DNA from: an uncultured virus (IMG/VR IMGVR_UViG_3300032295_003347)
Lineage: Duplodnaviria; Heunggongvirae; Uroviricota; Caudoviricetes
DNA length: 20,070 nt
Direction: 5' to 3' (one strand)
IMG/VR virus record: IMGVR_UViG_3300032295_003347
Part shown: piece by piece, positions 8,731 to 16,900 of the stretch
Layout of the letters: each line of letters begins with the position of its first letter
How positions within the stretch are numbered: the stretch's first letter is position 1
Translations under genes and position numbers: made by a program
Notes under the pieces: model-generated
What the model saw: the letters and a program-made list of their open reading frames with translations, nothing else
What the model was told of the DNA's origin: nothing
The model's database searches: none

Positions 8731-8876
8731 TGAAAAAGAAAAAACTGGTCAAAGAAGCTCTCAAGCACCCTGAGTTGTACACACCAGGGGAGTTAGCTTA
8801 CTTTGACCGGTGGTTGTGGCATAAGAAACAAAAGAAAGCTGCTAAGATCAATACAGATAAAGAGGCTGATACTTAA
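8730..8876 (+). CDS. Small basic protein (48 aa, not in ORF track)
   Basis: MKKKKLVKEALKHPELYTPGELAYFDRWLWHKKQKKAAKINTDKEADT; TAATG coupling at both ends. Confidence 0.8.
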   Translation: MKKKKLVKEALKHPELYTPGELAYFDRWLWHKKQKKAAKINTDKEADT

Positions 8877-11206
8877 TGGCTGCCGACGCTAAATCAAGGC
8901 TCAACGAAATCATTACCGCCTATATCGACAAAGATAGTTCCACTGTCGTCGATACGGGCGTTGTGGCCTCGCATTTGGCGCAGATGAAATTATTCGGCAT
9001 CCGCCAGGGTGTTGAGTTTTTCCCCAGCCAGGACAACTTTGGAAATCAACGCAAAGATTTTATCGACCGTGTAATCAAATACAATCAAATTGATGCACGC
9101 TTAGATTCAATCTGGGATTATTTCCTGTGTGATGGAAAAGGTCTGTTCTACATCAGACCTACAAAAATTAATTATCGTATCTACTACTTCCGGGAGCATG
9201 AGTACCGCACGTTTTACAACGTAGACGGTGACCTGGAAGAGGTGGTGATCATCTACAGCTACAAGGTGCGTCGACCTGGTGGCTTTGGAGCCGAGATAGC
9301 ACAGACAAATATTACCGGCAAAACGCTTGGTGACGGCCAGGCTTCAAGGCGTTACATCAGGCTTTCGATTAAGCGTGACGAAATCAAAGAAACTCACGCA
9401 GAAGGTGAATTATCTTTTGACATGCCGGACTATGCAGTCTCCGGTAAAACAAAATTGTTAAAAAATACGCTTGGTTTTATTCCTTGCGTTGAGATCTTCA
9501 ATAACCCCAAAGGCTTTGCTAACGACGGTGTTGGCGAGTTTGATGCGTTGGCCAATCATATCGTCACCCATGACGAAATGGTTCGCACCATGCGCAAGAA
9601 CGTTCAGTTCTTTGGTAACCCCACACTACTGTCATCTCGTCCCAAGACGGACTTGATTGAGGCCGGTGGGGATTCCACGGTACAGCGTCCTTCTATTGCA
9701 GCAAACTCTGGCTTCACCAGTCCCGCATCCTTGAGTGCTTCGATGTTCAAGGCTGATCCCGTCAGCCGTGGTGTTGATGGACAGATTCGAGTTCCAAGGA
9801 TCATTGCAAACCTGGAGCCGAATGACCGTGTTGGTTACATTGTTCCAGATGCAATCACTGGTGACCAAAATCAATTTGCCCGTCAGTATCGCGAAGAAAT
9901 TCGCACTGCACTTGGCGGTGTGGATGAACTGTCAATTTCAGCTGGTGTTACCGCAACTGAATACAAGTCACTATTTGGTCGTGTATCAGCAACATCCAAG
10001 AAAAAAGCAAATGCTATTTACACGTATGGCATCTGCCGCTGCCTTGAGTTAATTATTTATCAAGAAGAACAACTCTTCCGTCAATCGTTGGCGGCTGCAG
10101 CAGGTATTGAAAAGCCAGTTGATCTTCCTGTTGATGCACCAGAAGAAGAAATTGCTGCCTACAGGGAAGCAATGAAAATCTTTAATGATCAAGTCAAAGA
10201 GATTATGATGGCTTGCGTGGAAACAAAAATGATTCCGCCAGGCGTTCTTGGGTTAATCCCCGATGGCGATGTCACGATGCTTTGGCGTTGGACAGGTCCT
10301 GTGTACGAGGAAACCACTCAGGACACACTTAATAATTCTATTGTGGTTCGCAACCTACAAGAATTAGGTGTTGATAGCATTGAAGCACTGAAATACCTCT
10401 TTCCGTCTAAGACGGATGAGGAGCGGGCCGAGATGTTATCTGGGTTCCCGTTCAGGATGGTGAATGAATTGCAGAATGCTTATTCTCAATTCGCCAAATT
10501 GGTGGGGGGGATGATGCAGACTCCTCACCCTCAATCACCAGACTTACCGATGGCTGCTGATCCTCGTCTGGATCTGACACCCTATCTGTATCGAACCTTA
10601 GAAGCTTTACAAAAGGAGATGAGTTATGCAGGACGCTACCGTCCAATCGATCCCACAGACGAGCCAAGCACCAGCAGCAGTAGCCCCAAGCAGCTACGTG
10701 ATGGCGGCACCGGCACCTCAGGCGGCACCGGCCAGCTACCAGGCAGCTCCAGTGGCTTATCAGGTGGGTACCAGCTACCCCCAAGCAGTACCACAGGCGA
10801 ACCCCAGCTACCAATCCGCCCCTACTCAGTACGCCCCCCAATCCCAACCGGCGGAACAGGCGGGGAACCCGTGGGAATCGGCGTTCAACAAGGTGGTGAA
10901 TCTTCTGAGCGCACCAGTTCAATCCCCGTTCCAGGGAGCACCCTCGCAGGTGCCGACACAGTATACCCCGGCGAACTACGGACAAGTCAGCAGCCCAGCT
11001 ACGCAACAATCGGCTCCCCAGACTTGGTCGCCCAGCCAGGATTACTCTCCCAGCTATTCCCAAACCTCTTCGATGCTCTACGGAGCGGCAGCGGAGCAGG
11101 CCCACGCGGAAGTGGACAGCGCGATCGCGGACTACTACCATATGAGTCCGGAAACCCGGCAGGTACTAAACGCGTTCGGAACCGAAGCTCCCGCCGTACT
11201 AAATAA
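8876..11206 (+). CDS. Portal protein with long C-terminal extension
   Basis: Lies between TerL and scaffold/MCP; GFIPCVEIFNNP...GVGEFDALANHI resembles the SPP1 gp6-type portal core; last ~193 codons overlap the next gene. Confidence 0.8.
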   Translation: MAADAKSRLNEIITAYIDKDSSTVVDTGVVASHLAQMKLFGIRQGVEFFPSQDNFGNQRKDFIDRVIKYNQIDARLDSIWDYFLCDGKGLFYIRPTKINYRIYYFREHEYRTFYNVDGDLEEVVIIYSYKVRRPGGFGAEIAQTNITGKTLGDGQASRRYIRLSIKRDEIKETHAEGELSFDMPDYAVSGKTKLLKNTLGFIPCVEIFNNPKGFANDGVGEFDALANHIVTHDEMVRTMRKNVQFFGNPTLLSSRPKTDLIEAGGDSTVQRPSIAANSGFTSPASLSASMFKADPVSRGVDGQIRVPRIIANLEPNDRVGYIVPDAITGDQNQFARQYREEIRTALGGVDELSISAGVTATEYKSLFGRVSATSKKKANAIYTYGICRCLELIIYQEEQLFRQSLAAAAGIEKPVDLPVDAPEEEIAAYREAMKIFNDQVKEIMMACVETKMIPPGVLGLIPDGDVTMLWRWTGPVYEETTQDTLNNSIVVRNLQELGVDSIEALKYLFPSKTDEERAEMLSGFPFRMVNELQNAYSQFAKLVGGMMQTPHPQSPDLPMAADPRLDLTPYLYRTLEALQKEMSYAGRYRPIDPTDEPSTSSSSPKQLRDGGTGTSGGTGQLPGSSSGLSGGYQLPPSSTTGEPQLPIRPYSVRPPIPTGGTGGEPVGIGVQQGGESSERTSSIPVPGSTLAGADTVYPGELRTSQQPSYATIGSPDLVAQPGLLSQLFPNLFDALRSGSGAGPRGSGQRDRGLLPYESGNPAGTKRVRNRSSRRTK

Positions 11207-11630
11207 CTACGCCCTTCAACTTGAAGGGATGCTTGATAGCGCTGTTGCCTGGGGCGAGCGTGCACAGAACGTGATCGTTGGTTATGCCAACTTTGCGGTC
11301 AACGAGCACCAAGAGAACCTGGCCTACAACGAGATTCTTACCAATCCCGATGTACTCAGTGACTACACCCTGAAGTTCTTTGGTCCTGAAGGTCCGTACC
11401 CCGTGTACGAAAGCGAAGCAGAACTGGAGACCCGTGGTTATCCCACCACCTCTGCTTATGGCCAAGTTGGTGAGTTCCCCGCTCCTCCCGCAGCTGCTGC
11501 TCCTCAGCAACCTGAAAACTTCTGGGGCAACTTCAGCGAGATCATGAATCGTGATCCCCAGAACGCCTGGCGCGTCCTGAACCAAGCTCAGCCTGCCACT
11601 GTTGCAAACAAACTGTTTGTGATGGAGTGA
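10626..11630 (+). CDS. Putative capsid scaffolding protein
   Basis: AAGGAG RBS 7 nt before the ATG; Q/P/A low-complexity N-terminus and acidic helical C-terminus; upstream of MCP. Confidence 0.7.
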   Translation: MQDATVQSIPQTSQAPAAVAPSSYVMAAPAPQAAPASYQAAPVAYQVGTSYPQAVPQANPSYQSAPTQYAPQSQPAEQAGNPWESAFNKVVNLLSAPVQSPFQGAPSQVPTQYTPANYGQVSSPATQQSAPQTWSPSQDYSPSYSQTSSMLYGAAAEQAHAEVDSAIADYYHMSPETRQVLNAFGTEAPAVLNNYALQLEGMLDSAVAWGERAQNVIVGYANFAVNEHQENLAYNEILTNPDVLSDYTLKFFGPEGPYPVYESEAELETRGYPTTSAYGQVGEFPAPPAAAAPQQPENFWGNFSEIMNRDPQNAWRVLNQAQPATVANKLFVME

Positions 11631-11634
11631 GGCC

Positions 11635-12117
11635 ATGCCTGTTGCTGGTAAATACGGACAAGTATTAAACGCAGCAGCGAAGAACCCTGCCGGCGCCTTG
11701 AGAGCTTCTGCTTTAGGTGCCGGTCTTCTTGGTGCAACAGGCTCTGTTATTGGAAACTTGACAGACAAAGAACAAGGCGAGGGCCCTCTTCGTATTCTTG
11801 ACGAAGCAGCAAATGCCGGAACCCTTGCAGCTATCCCCGGTTTAGTTCCTGGTTTTGCTGCCGCCGCTCTTGGTTCGTTGCGGCAACCAAGCATGGCACG
11901 TAGAGCAGTGAAAGCTGCTGGTTCTGCTGCAAACGTACGTCGTGGCCTTGCTACTCAAACAGCATTAGCTACGGCAGCTATTCCGGTCGCTGCTGGACTT
12001 GGTGGATTGGTAGGCGGTGGCTCCTCTAATTTGTACAACGCCATTGGCATCCCTGGTTTCCAAGCAGGAATTAACCCTGAAGCCGCGAACGGTTCCAGCA
12101 ATATGCAGTACGTCTAA
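11635..12117 (+). CDS. Ala/Gly-rich hydrophobic protein
   Basis: 160 aa; GGAG/GAGG upstream; hydrophobic segments and AAGLGGLVGGG. Confidence 0.75.
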   Translation: MPVAGKYGQVLNAAAKNPAGALRASALGAGLLGATGSVIGNLTDKEQGEGPLRILDEAANAGTLAAIPGLVPGFAAAALGSLRQPSMARRAVKAAGSAANVRRGLATQTALATAAIPVAAGLGGLVGGGSSNLYNAIGIPGFQAGINPEAANGSSNMQYV

Positions 12118-12146
12118 TTAAGTATTCTTAACTAAAAATTAGATCC

Positions 12147-12155
12147 TGCTAAAAT
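12147..12155 (+). promoter_or_regulatory. Extended -10 promoter candidate for the capsid operon
   Basis: TGCTAAAAT in an AT-rich gap, followed by an inverted repeat; GGAGG RBS at 12214-12218. Confidence 0.55.
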
Positions 12156-12228
12156 TTGTCTTAGATAAGACAAAAACTTGTCTAAATCTTTCACCCACAA
12201 GTCCCGCGACTCTGGAGGATATTAAAAA

Positions 12229-13395
12229 GTGTTTCTTGATAACGATTTCCCAAAAATTTTGGGTGCGGAACTTTACCGTCCCCATCCTGCTTATATTGCC
12301 GAGATGGCTGTGGAGCCCGTGGTTGTCCACGACTTCACCCGCCAACCCGGTCAAACCGTTCAGTTAGACCGCTACAAGTTCTGGGGTACCCCTGGTACTA
12401 AGGACAGCCGTGAGCGTATTGCCGACCAAACGATCGGTACCGCTAACAGCCGTAACATCACCAAGGAGAAAGTCCTGGTGGTGCTTAAGGAATACACCGG
12501 TCCTGCAGATCCGGGCGATCCTACCCAGCCCTCGACCTTCAAGATTGCTCGTGAAACTCTGATTACCGCCCAGCGTCTGCTGCTGGACACCGGTAACCTG
12601 AATATGTTCCACCAGTCCATCGGTAGCCTGACGCTGCTGGATGACTACCGTCGTTGGCGCGACCGCGTGTTCATTGATGAACTCGCCAAAGCTGAAGCCA
12701 ATGGTGCTGCTGGTACTACCCAAGGTGGTTACTATTTCGCTGGCGGCAAAGTCAAAGATGCTTCCGGTCGTATTGCGTACACCTCTACTGAGTACGACAA
12801 CGAAGTTCAACAGTTCCAGGTGCGTACCGACCTGCTGACCGTTGTTAAGGACCTGCGCAAGCGCAACGTTCCTACTTACGCTGATGGTCTGTATCGCTGC
12901 ATCTGCGATCCTACCTTCATGATGCACCTGCGTCGTGACCCCGACTTCCGTGAGATTGCCCGTTATGCTGGCAACCCCGGTCAGGGCATGTACATGGGCA
13001 ACCCCGGCATGCCTAACAATGCCAGCTTCTACATGGGTCCCCAAGCTGGTCAGGGTTACTTCCTGGCTGGTGAGCCTGTAATGCCGACTGGTGTGCAGTT
13101 TGAAGGCGTTAAGTTCTTCGAGTCGACCAACTTCCCGACCAAGAACGTCAACACTTCCTTCGCTGGTACTGGTGGTACCTACGCTTCCAAGGAAGTGGCT
13201 CAGGGTTACTTCTTCGGTCCTCAAGCCATTGGCGTTGGTATCGGCGGCCCGAACGCTCAGGTGCTCATCAACAACAACGATGACTTCAGCCGTTTCATCA
13301 TCCTTATCTGGCAACTGTACGCCGGCTTCGAAATCCTGAACAAGGACTTCGTGACCACCGCGTTCAGCTATGTGCAGGACGACGGCAACATCTGA
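12229..13395 (+). CDS. Major capsid protein (HK97 fold, possibly N4-gp56-like)
   Basis: 388 aa after the scaffold; strong codon bias; DFTRQPGQTVQLDRY motif; GTG start with GGAGG RBS. Confidence 0.88.
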   Translation: MFLDNDFPKILGAELYRPHPAYIAEMAVEPVVVHDFTRQPGQTVQLDRYKFWGTPGTKDSRERIADQTIGTANSRNITKEKVLVVLKEYTGPADPGDPTQPSTFKIARETLITAQRLLLDTGNLNMFHQSIGSLTLLDDYRRWRDRVFIDELAKAEANGAAGTTQGGYYFAGGKVKDASGRIAYTSTEYDNEVQQFQVRTDLLTVVKDLRKRNVPTYADGLYRCICDPTFMMHLRRDPDFREIARYAGNPGQGMYMGNPGMPNNASFYMGPQAGQGYFLAGEPVMPTGVQFEGVKFFESTNFPTKNVNTSFAGTGGTYASKEVAQGYFFGPQAIGVGIGGPNAQVLINNNDDFSRFIILIWQLYAGFEILNKDFVTTAFSYVQDDGNI

Positions 13396-13429
13396 TCAAT
13401 AAACAATAACTAAACTATAGGAAAAATAA

Positions 13430-14233
13430 ATGACCTATTTGTCCGCTAAGAAAATCTATCCCGGCAACTGGGCTGAACCCCTGAATGGCTGGTATAAGAA
13501 CATCGATGCCGATTATGCCGGCTCTGATGACGGCTCTAAGGGTGGCCCCACTTCGGTGCTGGCCCTCCCTGGCTACCGCTACTTCCAGCAACGTGGTTAT
13601 GTAGCAGTTACTGCTACCTCTGGTTCTGGTCCTGTTGCTTCGGCAAGCGTGATCGTTCCTTCCCCCTACCGGAATGACGACACTCGTACCGACATCACTG
13701 GCATGGTGATCTCTGGTAACAGCACCCTGCCTGCTTACGTGTACCGTACTGCTATCTCCGTGGCTTCTGGCTGGGGTGATGGCCGCGTGGCCTCTGGTGT
13801 GTATGCCGCTACCGGTAACGTGATCTCGTTCGGTCGCGTAAGCTCCAACAACCCCACTGCCGCTTCTGGCGTGGGTGAGGGCGTGATTCAGGCTAACCTG
13901 ACTTCTACCGTCTCTGGCACCCAGGCTGGCGAAATCTACTTCGCTGGTGGCACCGCTGGTTTTGGTACCAACCCCTTCCTGACCATCACCGGCGCCACTG
14001 GCGTTGCTCCTGGTACTGTTAACTACTCTGTTACTTCTGCTACCACCCTTCGGGTGTTTGCAAAGGAAACCGCCAACAGCACCACTACTTCCGGTGGCTT
14101 CTATATCTCCAGTGGCGATGCAAGTGCTGGCCGCACCGGTTACCTGGTCGTGGAAGTGTGCTACATCCAGCCTGATGAAGCTCCTGGTTACGAAGACATC
14201 GATGGCTACCTGACCGGTCGCACTGTCAGCTGA
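13430..14233 (+). CDS. Abundant structural protein, probable capsid decoration/minor capsid protein
   Basis: 267 aa, Gly/Ser/Thr and beta-rich, immediately after MCP with the same high-expression codon bias. Confidence 0.65.
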   Translation: MTYLSAKKIYPGNWAEPLNGWYKNIDADYAGSDDGSKGGPTSVLALPGYRYFQQRGYVAVTATSGSGPVASASVIVPSPYRNDDTRTDITGMVISGNSTLPAYVYRTAISVASGWGDGRVASGVYAATGNVISFGRVSSNNPTAASGVGEGVIQANLTSTVSGTQAGEIYFAGGTAGFGTNPFLTITGATGVAPGTVNYSVTSATTLRVFAKETANSTTTSGGFYISSGDASAGRTGYLVVEVCYIQPDEAPGYEDIDGYLTGRTVS

Positions 14234-14273
14234 TTAGGGTAAACTAGGACCAGAGATTAATTCCCTGGTCCTT

Positions 14274-14684
14274 ATGTTGTATCAGCACAAAAAAACTGGC
14301 GCACGTGTCAAGGTTGTAAGCGAATGGGATAACGGTGATTGGTTCATGGTCGAAGACCAAGACGGTCGCCTTTATACCGTTTACAAGACAGAGATTGAGC
14401 TTGATGAATCTGCTACTAAAAAAGTAAAGACTCTTCAAGTTAAAGATCGTGCAGCGCAAGAAGAGCCTCGCACCTTCCCTCCCGATACCCGGCTAAATGT
14501 AAATTCAGCCACCGCCCAAATGATCGCTGATCACATCAAAGGCATTGGTCTGAAGACTGCTCGGGAAATTAAAGATCTTCAGATGTCTTTATCGGGTGAA
14601 AGATTTAACAGTCTTGAGCAGTTAAAGCAAATTAAACGGGTGGATTGGAATGCTGTAATGGCTGCTGATCTGATTAGGGTTTGA
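14274..14684 (+). CDS. Helix-hairpin-helix (ComEA-like) DNA-binding protein with small N-terminal beta domain
   Basis: RLNVNSATAQMIADHIKGIGLKTAREI...FNSLEQLKQI fits the ComEA/HHH_3 pattern. Confidence 0.8.
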   Translation: MLYQHKKTGARVKVVSEWDNGDWFMVEDQDGRLYTVYKTEIELDESATKKVKTLQVKDRAAQEEPRTFPPDTRLNVNSATAQMIADHIKGIGLKTAREIKDLQMSLSGERFNSLEQLKQIKRVDWNAVMAADLIRV

Positions 14685-14698
14685 TTCTCATCTCAAGT

Positions 14699-14725
14699 AG
14701 CCCTCGGGAAACCGAGGGTTTTCTT
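14699..14725 (+). terminator. Intrinsic terminator ending the capsid operon
   Basis: CCCTCGG-GAAA-CCGAGGG stem with a GNRA loop, followed by TTTTCTT. Confidence 0.88.
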
Positions 14726-14741
14726 GTCTTAAAATACAAGT

Positions 14742-15434
14742 ATGGCAAAGATTACGCGGATAGGTCAGCTCGGTTCCTCTGGTATTTCCAGTGGTCCGCA
14801 TTTACATGCATATGTAAAGAACCTTGTTACTGGCGAGTACGAAAACCCTGAGTATCACCGCAGTAAGTTTACAGGCGTACGAGTTGGTGCCAATAGGGTG
14901 CCTAAGTACATTACAGATAGCAAAGGGGAGTTGATCTTAAACCCTGCAGCGGGTTTAACAAAGACTTCCTCCTGGGGACCACGCAACACAGGCATCCCTG
15001 GCGCAAGCACGTACCATAGGGGCGTTGATTACGGTGGCAAGGAAGGCACGGAGATCTACGTCGAAGGTGATGTTAAGTTCACTCCGCGCCCCAATGCAGG
15101 AGGCTATGGGAATCTTGCTACCTGGACCACAGGAGACAATAAGTACGAGCTTGGTTACGGTCACATGAAAACGCTTGGTGAGGCAACCGACCTGACCAAT
15201 ACAAGCGTGGCTACAACCCCGCGTGTCTCATACGAAGACGCCCAAGCCAAAACAAACGATTTAATCGAAGCGTTTATGCTTGGCACTAACTACCAGCCAC
15301 GCGAGAAGAAGCAAACGAAAGAACCCCAGACATTACTTGGTGCATTTAAGGATCAAATATTGGGCGGGATTTTGCAGAACGCAATGAATCCACTTGCGGG
15401 CATCATGGGTCAAGCTGGTGACACTGTCGCTTGA
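14742..15434 (+). CDS. M23 family metallopeptidase, circularly permuted
   Basis: GSSGISSGPHLH (H20, H22), HRGVD (H92, D96), GGYGN and YGHM (H141). Confidence 0.85.
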   Translation: MAKITRIGQLGSSGISSGPHLHAYVKNLVTGEYENPEYHRSKFTGVRVGANRVPKYITDSKGELILNPAAGLTKTSSWGPRNTGIPGASTYHRGVDYGGKEGTEIYVEGDVKFTPRPNAGGYGNLATWTTGDNKYELGYGHMKTLGEATDLTNTSVATTPRVSYEDAQAKTNDLIEAFMLGTNYQPREKKQTKEPQTLLGAFKDQILGGILQNAMNPLAGIMGQAGDTVA

Positions 15435-15474
15435 TTTGTTGCTTTTATAATAAAAGGTACACTGGAACATAGAA

Positions 15475-15936
15475 GTGCAATTTAGCGACTTCGACAAAAG
15501 TAGAATTAGGTATCATCTGGGATACTTCACTGTTTCTGTGCCAGCGGGTGACTATGCTCGTCTGGAAGAGGCGATGAATACGGTCCCTGATTCTTACTTC
15601 TACGATAAAATTGTTATCCAGATTGGGCGTTGCGATACGGCCGAAAAGAAGACAGAGGTTGCATCCTCTCCTTCCACTCGGATTGAAAATATTGTTGGCG
15701 ACGTTGACCGTACCATTCGGTCGAGCAATGCCAAAGAAGCGCTAAAAGTTTGGGACGAGATTTACCTCTACGAAACAAATCGTTTAGCTGGCATTCTTTA
15801 CGTTCCTAACTACAAAGATCCGTACCAGGCACGTTACCGTTACGAACGCTCTGGTGCAGAATTTATCCAGGCATTACCTGGACCTGCTGATACGGCAGTT
15901 GGTTCCCGTATTTATTTACATGAGGTTTGGAGGTAA
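15475..15936 (+). CDS. Putative head-tail adaptor/head completion protein
   Basis: 153 aa, GTG start; N-terminal DKSRIRYHLGY helix, size and position fit adaptor proteins (inference). Confidence 0.55.
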   Translation: MQFSDFDKSRIRYHLGYFTVSVPAGDYARLEEAMNTVPDSYFYDKIVIQIGRCDTAEKKTEVASSPSTRIENIVGDVDRTIRSSNAKEALKVWDEIYLYETNRLAGILYVPNYKDPYQARYRYERSGAEFIQALPGPADTAVGSRIYLHEVWR

Positions 15937-15938
15937 TC

Positions 15939-16895
15939 ATGCCTATTCCCATTAACCGGAATCCCGATAATACATATGGGATTTTTGGAGCCCTTAAGAA
16001 TTTTATTTCGCCTCCAGGCTACGTTTCACGTGGACCACGTGGCTCTTTGCCAGCGGGTAGAGGGCAGTCAGTAACGCAGCGCCCTGTTGGAGCGCAAGCT
16101 GTGCTAGGGGGCAAGCCTGTGTATTGGGGAGGAAATGATTATGGCTGGCAGCAACTTAATCAAACTGGCAGCAGCGCAACTTTAAATGCGCTTAATACTC
16201 CTTCTGCGCAAGGACGTTTTATTCAAGACCAATCTTCTTCTCCTGCTGCCAAACGTGCTTACCAGCAGGAAGTTTCGCGTGTTGCCCAGCTGACCGCACA
16301 AGACCCTGAACTTCAGCGTTACGAAGATGCTCGCAAAAAAGCAGTTGCTGCTGGCCCTGGCTCTGCCGCCGAACAATCTGCAGAAGACATTGGGATGCAG
16401 ATTTGGGCAAAAAAATATGGCAAGCCAGGAGATCTTGCGTCACGCGTTAAGCCTGGCCAAGCTGGTTACGACGTAATCCAGCGCACCTTGAATGCAGGTC
16501 AGATGGGTGCTCCTGCTGACTTAGGTGCATTCACTGGCACTGCTCCTGCAGGATTCCTTGGGACCTCTGGAGCCCCAGTCACCAGTAGTTACGCAGGTGT
16601 TAAACCTGTTAATTTAGGCATGGGTGCAATTGGTCCTAACGCACTGACCAATGCATATAACATGCAGACCGCAAGCTCTTTCAACCGTTTTATGGAAGGG
16701 CCAACGTTAAGTAGCCAGCCCCTTGGCGCACCAACTGCATCTATTGGTGAAGTCCCAACCTACTCTCAGCTAACCCAACCTCAATCCTATGGGTTAGGTC
16801 CTATCCCTGGACAGGAAGAAACTTTTGGTAGCGACGCCTCTCAAAAGTTTGCTAATACATACGCTAAGAAGCTGCTGAACTTCCAGCCTATTTGA
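15939..16895 (+). CDS. Gly/Pro/Gln-rich hypothetical protein, putative virion protein
   Basis: Track ORF starts at 15927; ATG 15939 preferred because of GGAGG at 15929-15933. Confidence 0.75.
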   Translation: MPIPINRNPDNTYGIFGALKNFISPPGYVSRGPRGSLPAGRGQSVTQRPVGAQAVLGGKPVYWGGNDYGWQQLNQTGSSATLNALNTPSAQGRFIQDQSSSPAAKRAYQQEVSRVAQLTAQDPELQRYEDARKKAVAAGPGSAAEQSAEDIGMQIWAKKYGKPGDLASRVKPGQAGYDVIQRTLNAGQMGAPADLGAFTGTAPAGFLGTSGAPVTSSYAGVKPVNLGMGAIGPNALTNAYNMQTASSFNRFMEGPTLSSQPLGAPTASIGEVPTYSQLTQPQSYGLGPIPGQEETFGSDASQKFANTYAKKLLNFQPI

Positions 16896-16900
16896 TTTAT

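Noticed and set aside
10504..10510. G7 tract in the portal as a slippage site producing a portal-scaffold fusion
   Set aside because: The scaffold frame has TGA at 10512 immediately after the tract, and the other frame also stops within about 17 codons.
10452..11894. Antisense ORFs of 229 and 231 aa across portal/scaffold
   Set aside because: GC-rich low-complexity region with few reverse stops; the translations look non-biological.
12364..13314. 316-aa antisense ORF opposite the major capsid gene
   Set aside because: Expected shadow of strong codon bias on the sense strand; no recognisable motifs or expression signals.
5954..13395. Introns or inteins in terminase, portal or capsid genes
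   Set aside because: The ORFs are continuous; TerL and MCP are of normal length; no intein terminal motifs were seen.
14230..14680. 11-nt direct repeat CTGATTAGGGT at 14230 and 14670 flanking the HhH gene, as a target-site duplication
   Set aside because: Many 11-mer repeat pairs are expected by chance in 20 kb, the second copy is coding, and there is no mobility gene.
14490..14684. HhH protein as photosystem II PsbU (auxiliary metabolic gene)
   Set aside because: No lumen-targeting signal; the GIG hairpin pattern fits DNA-binding ComEA-type HhH better.
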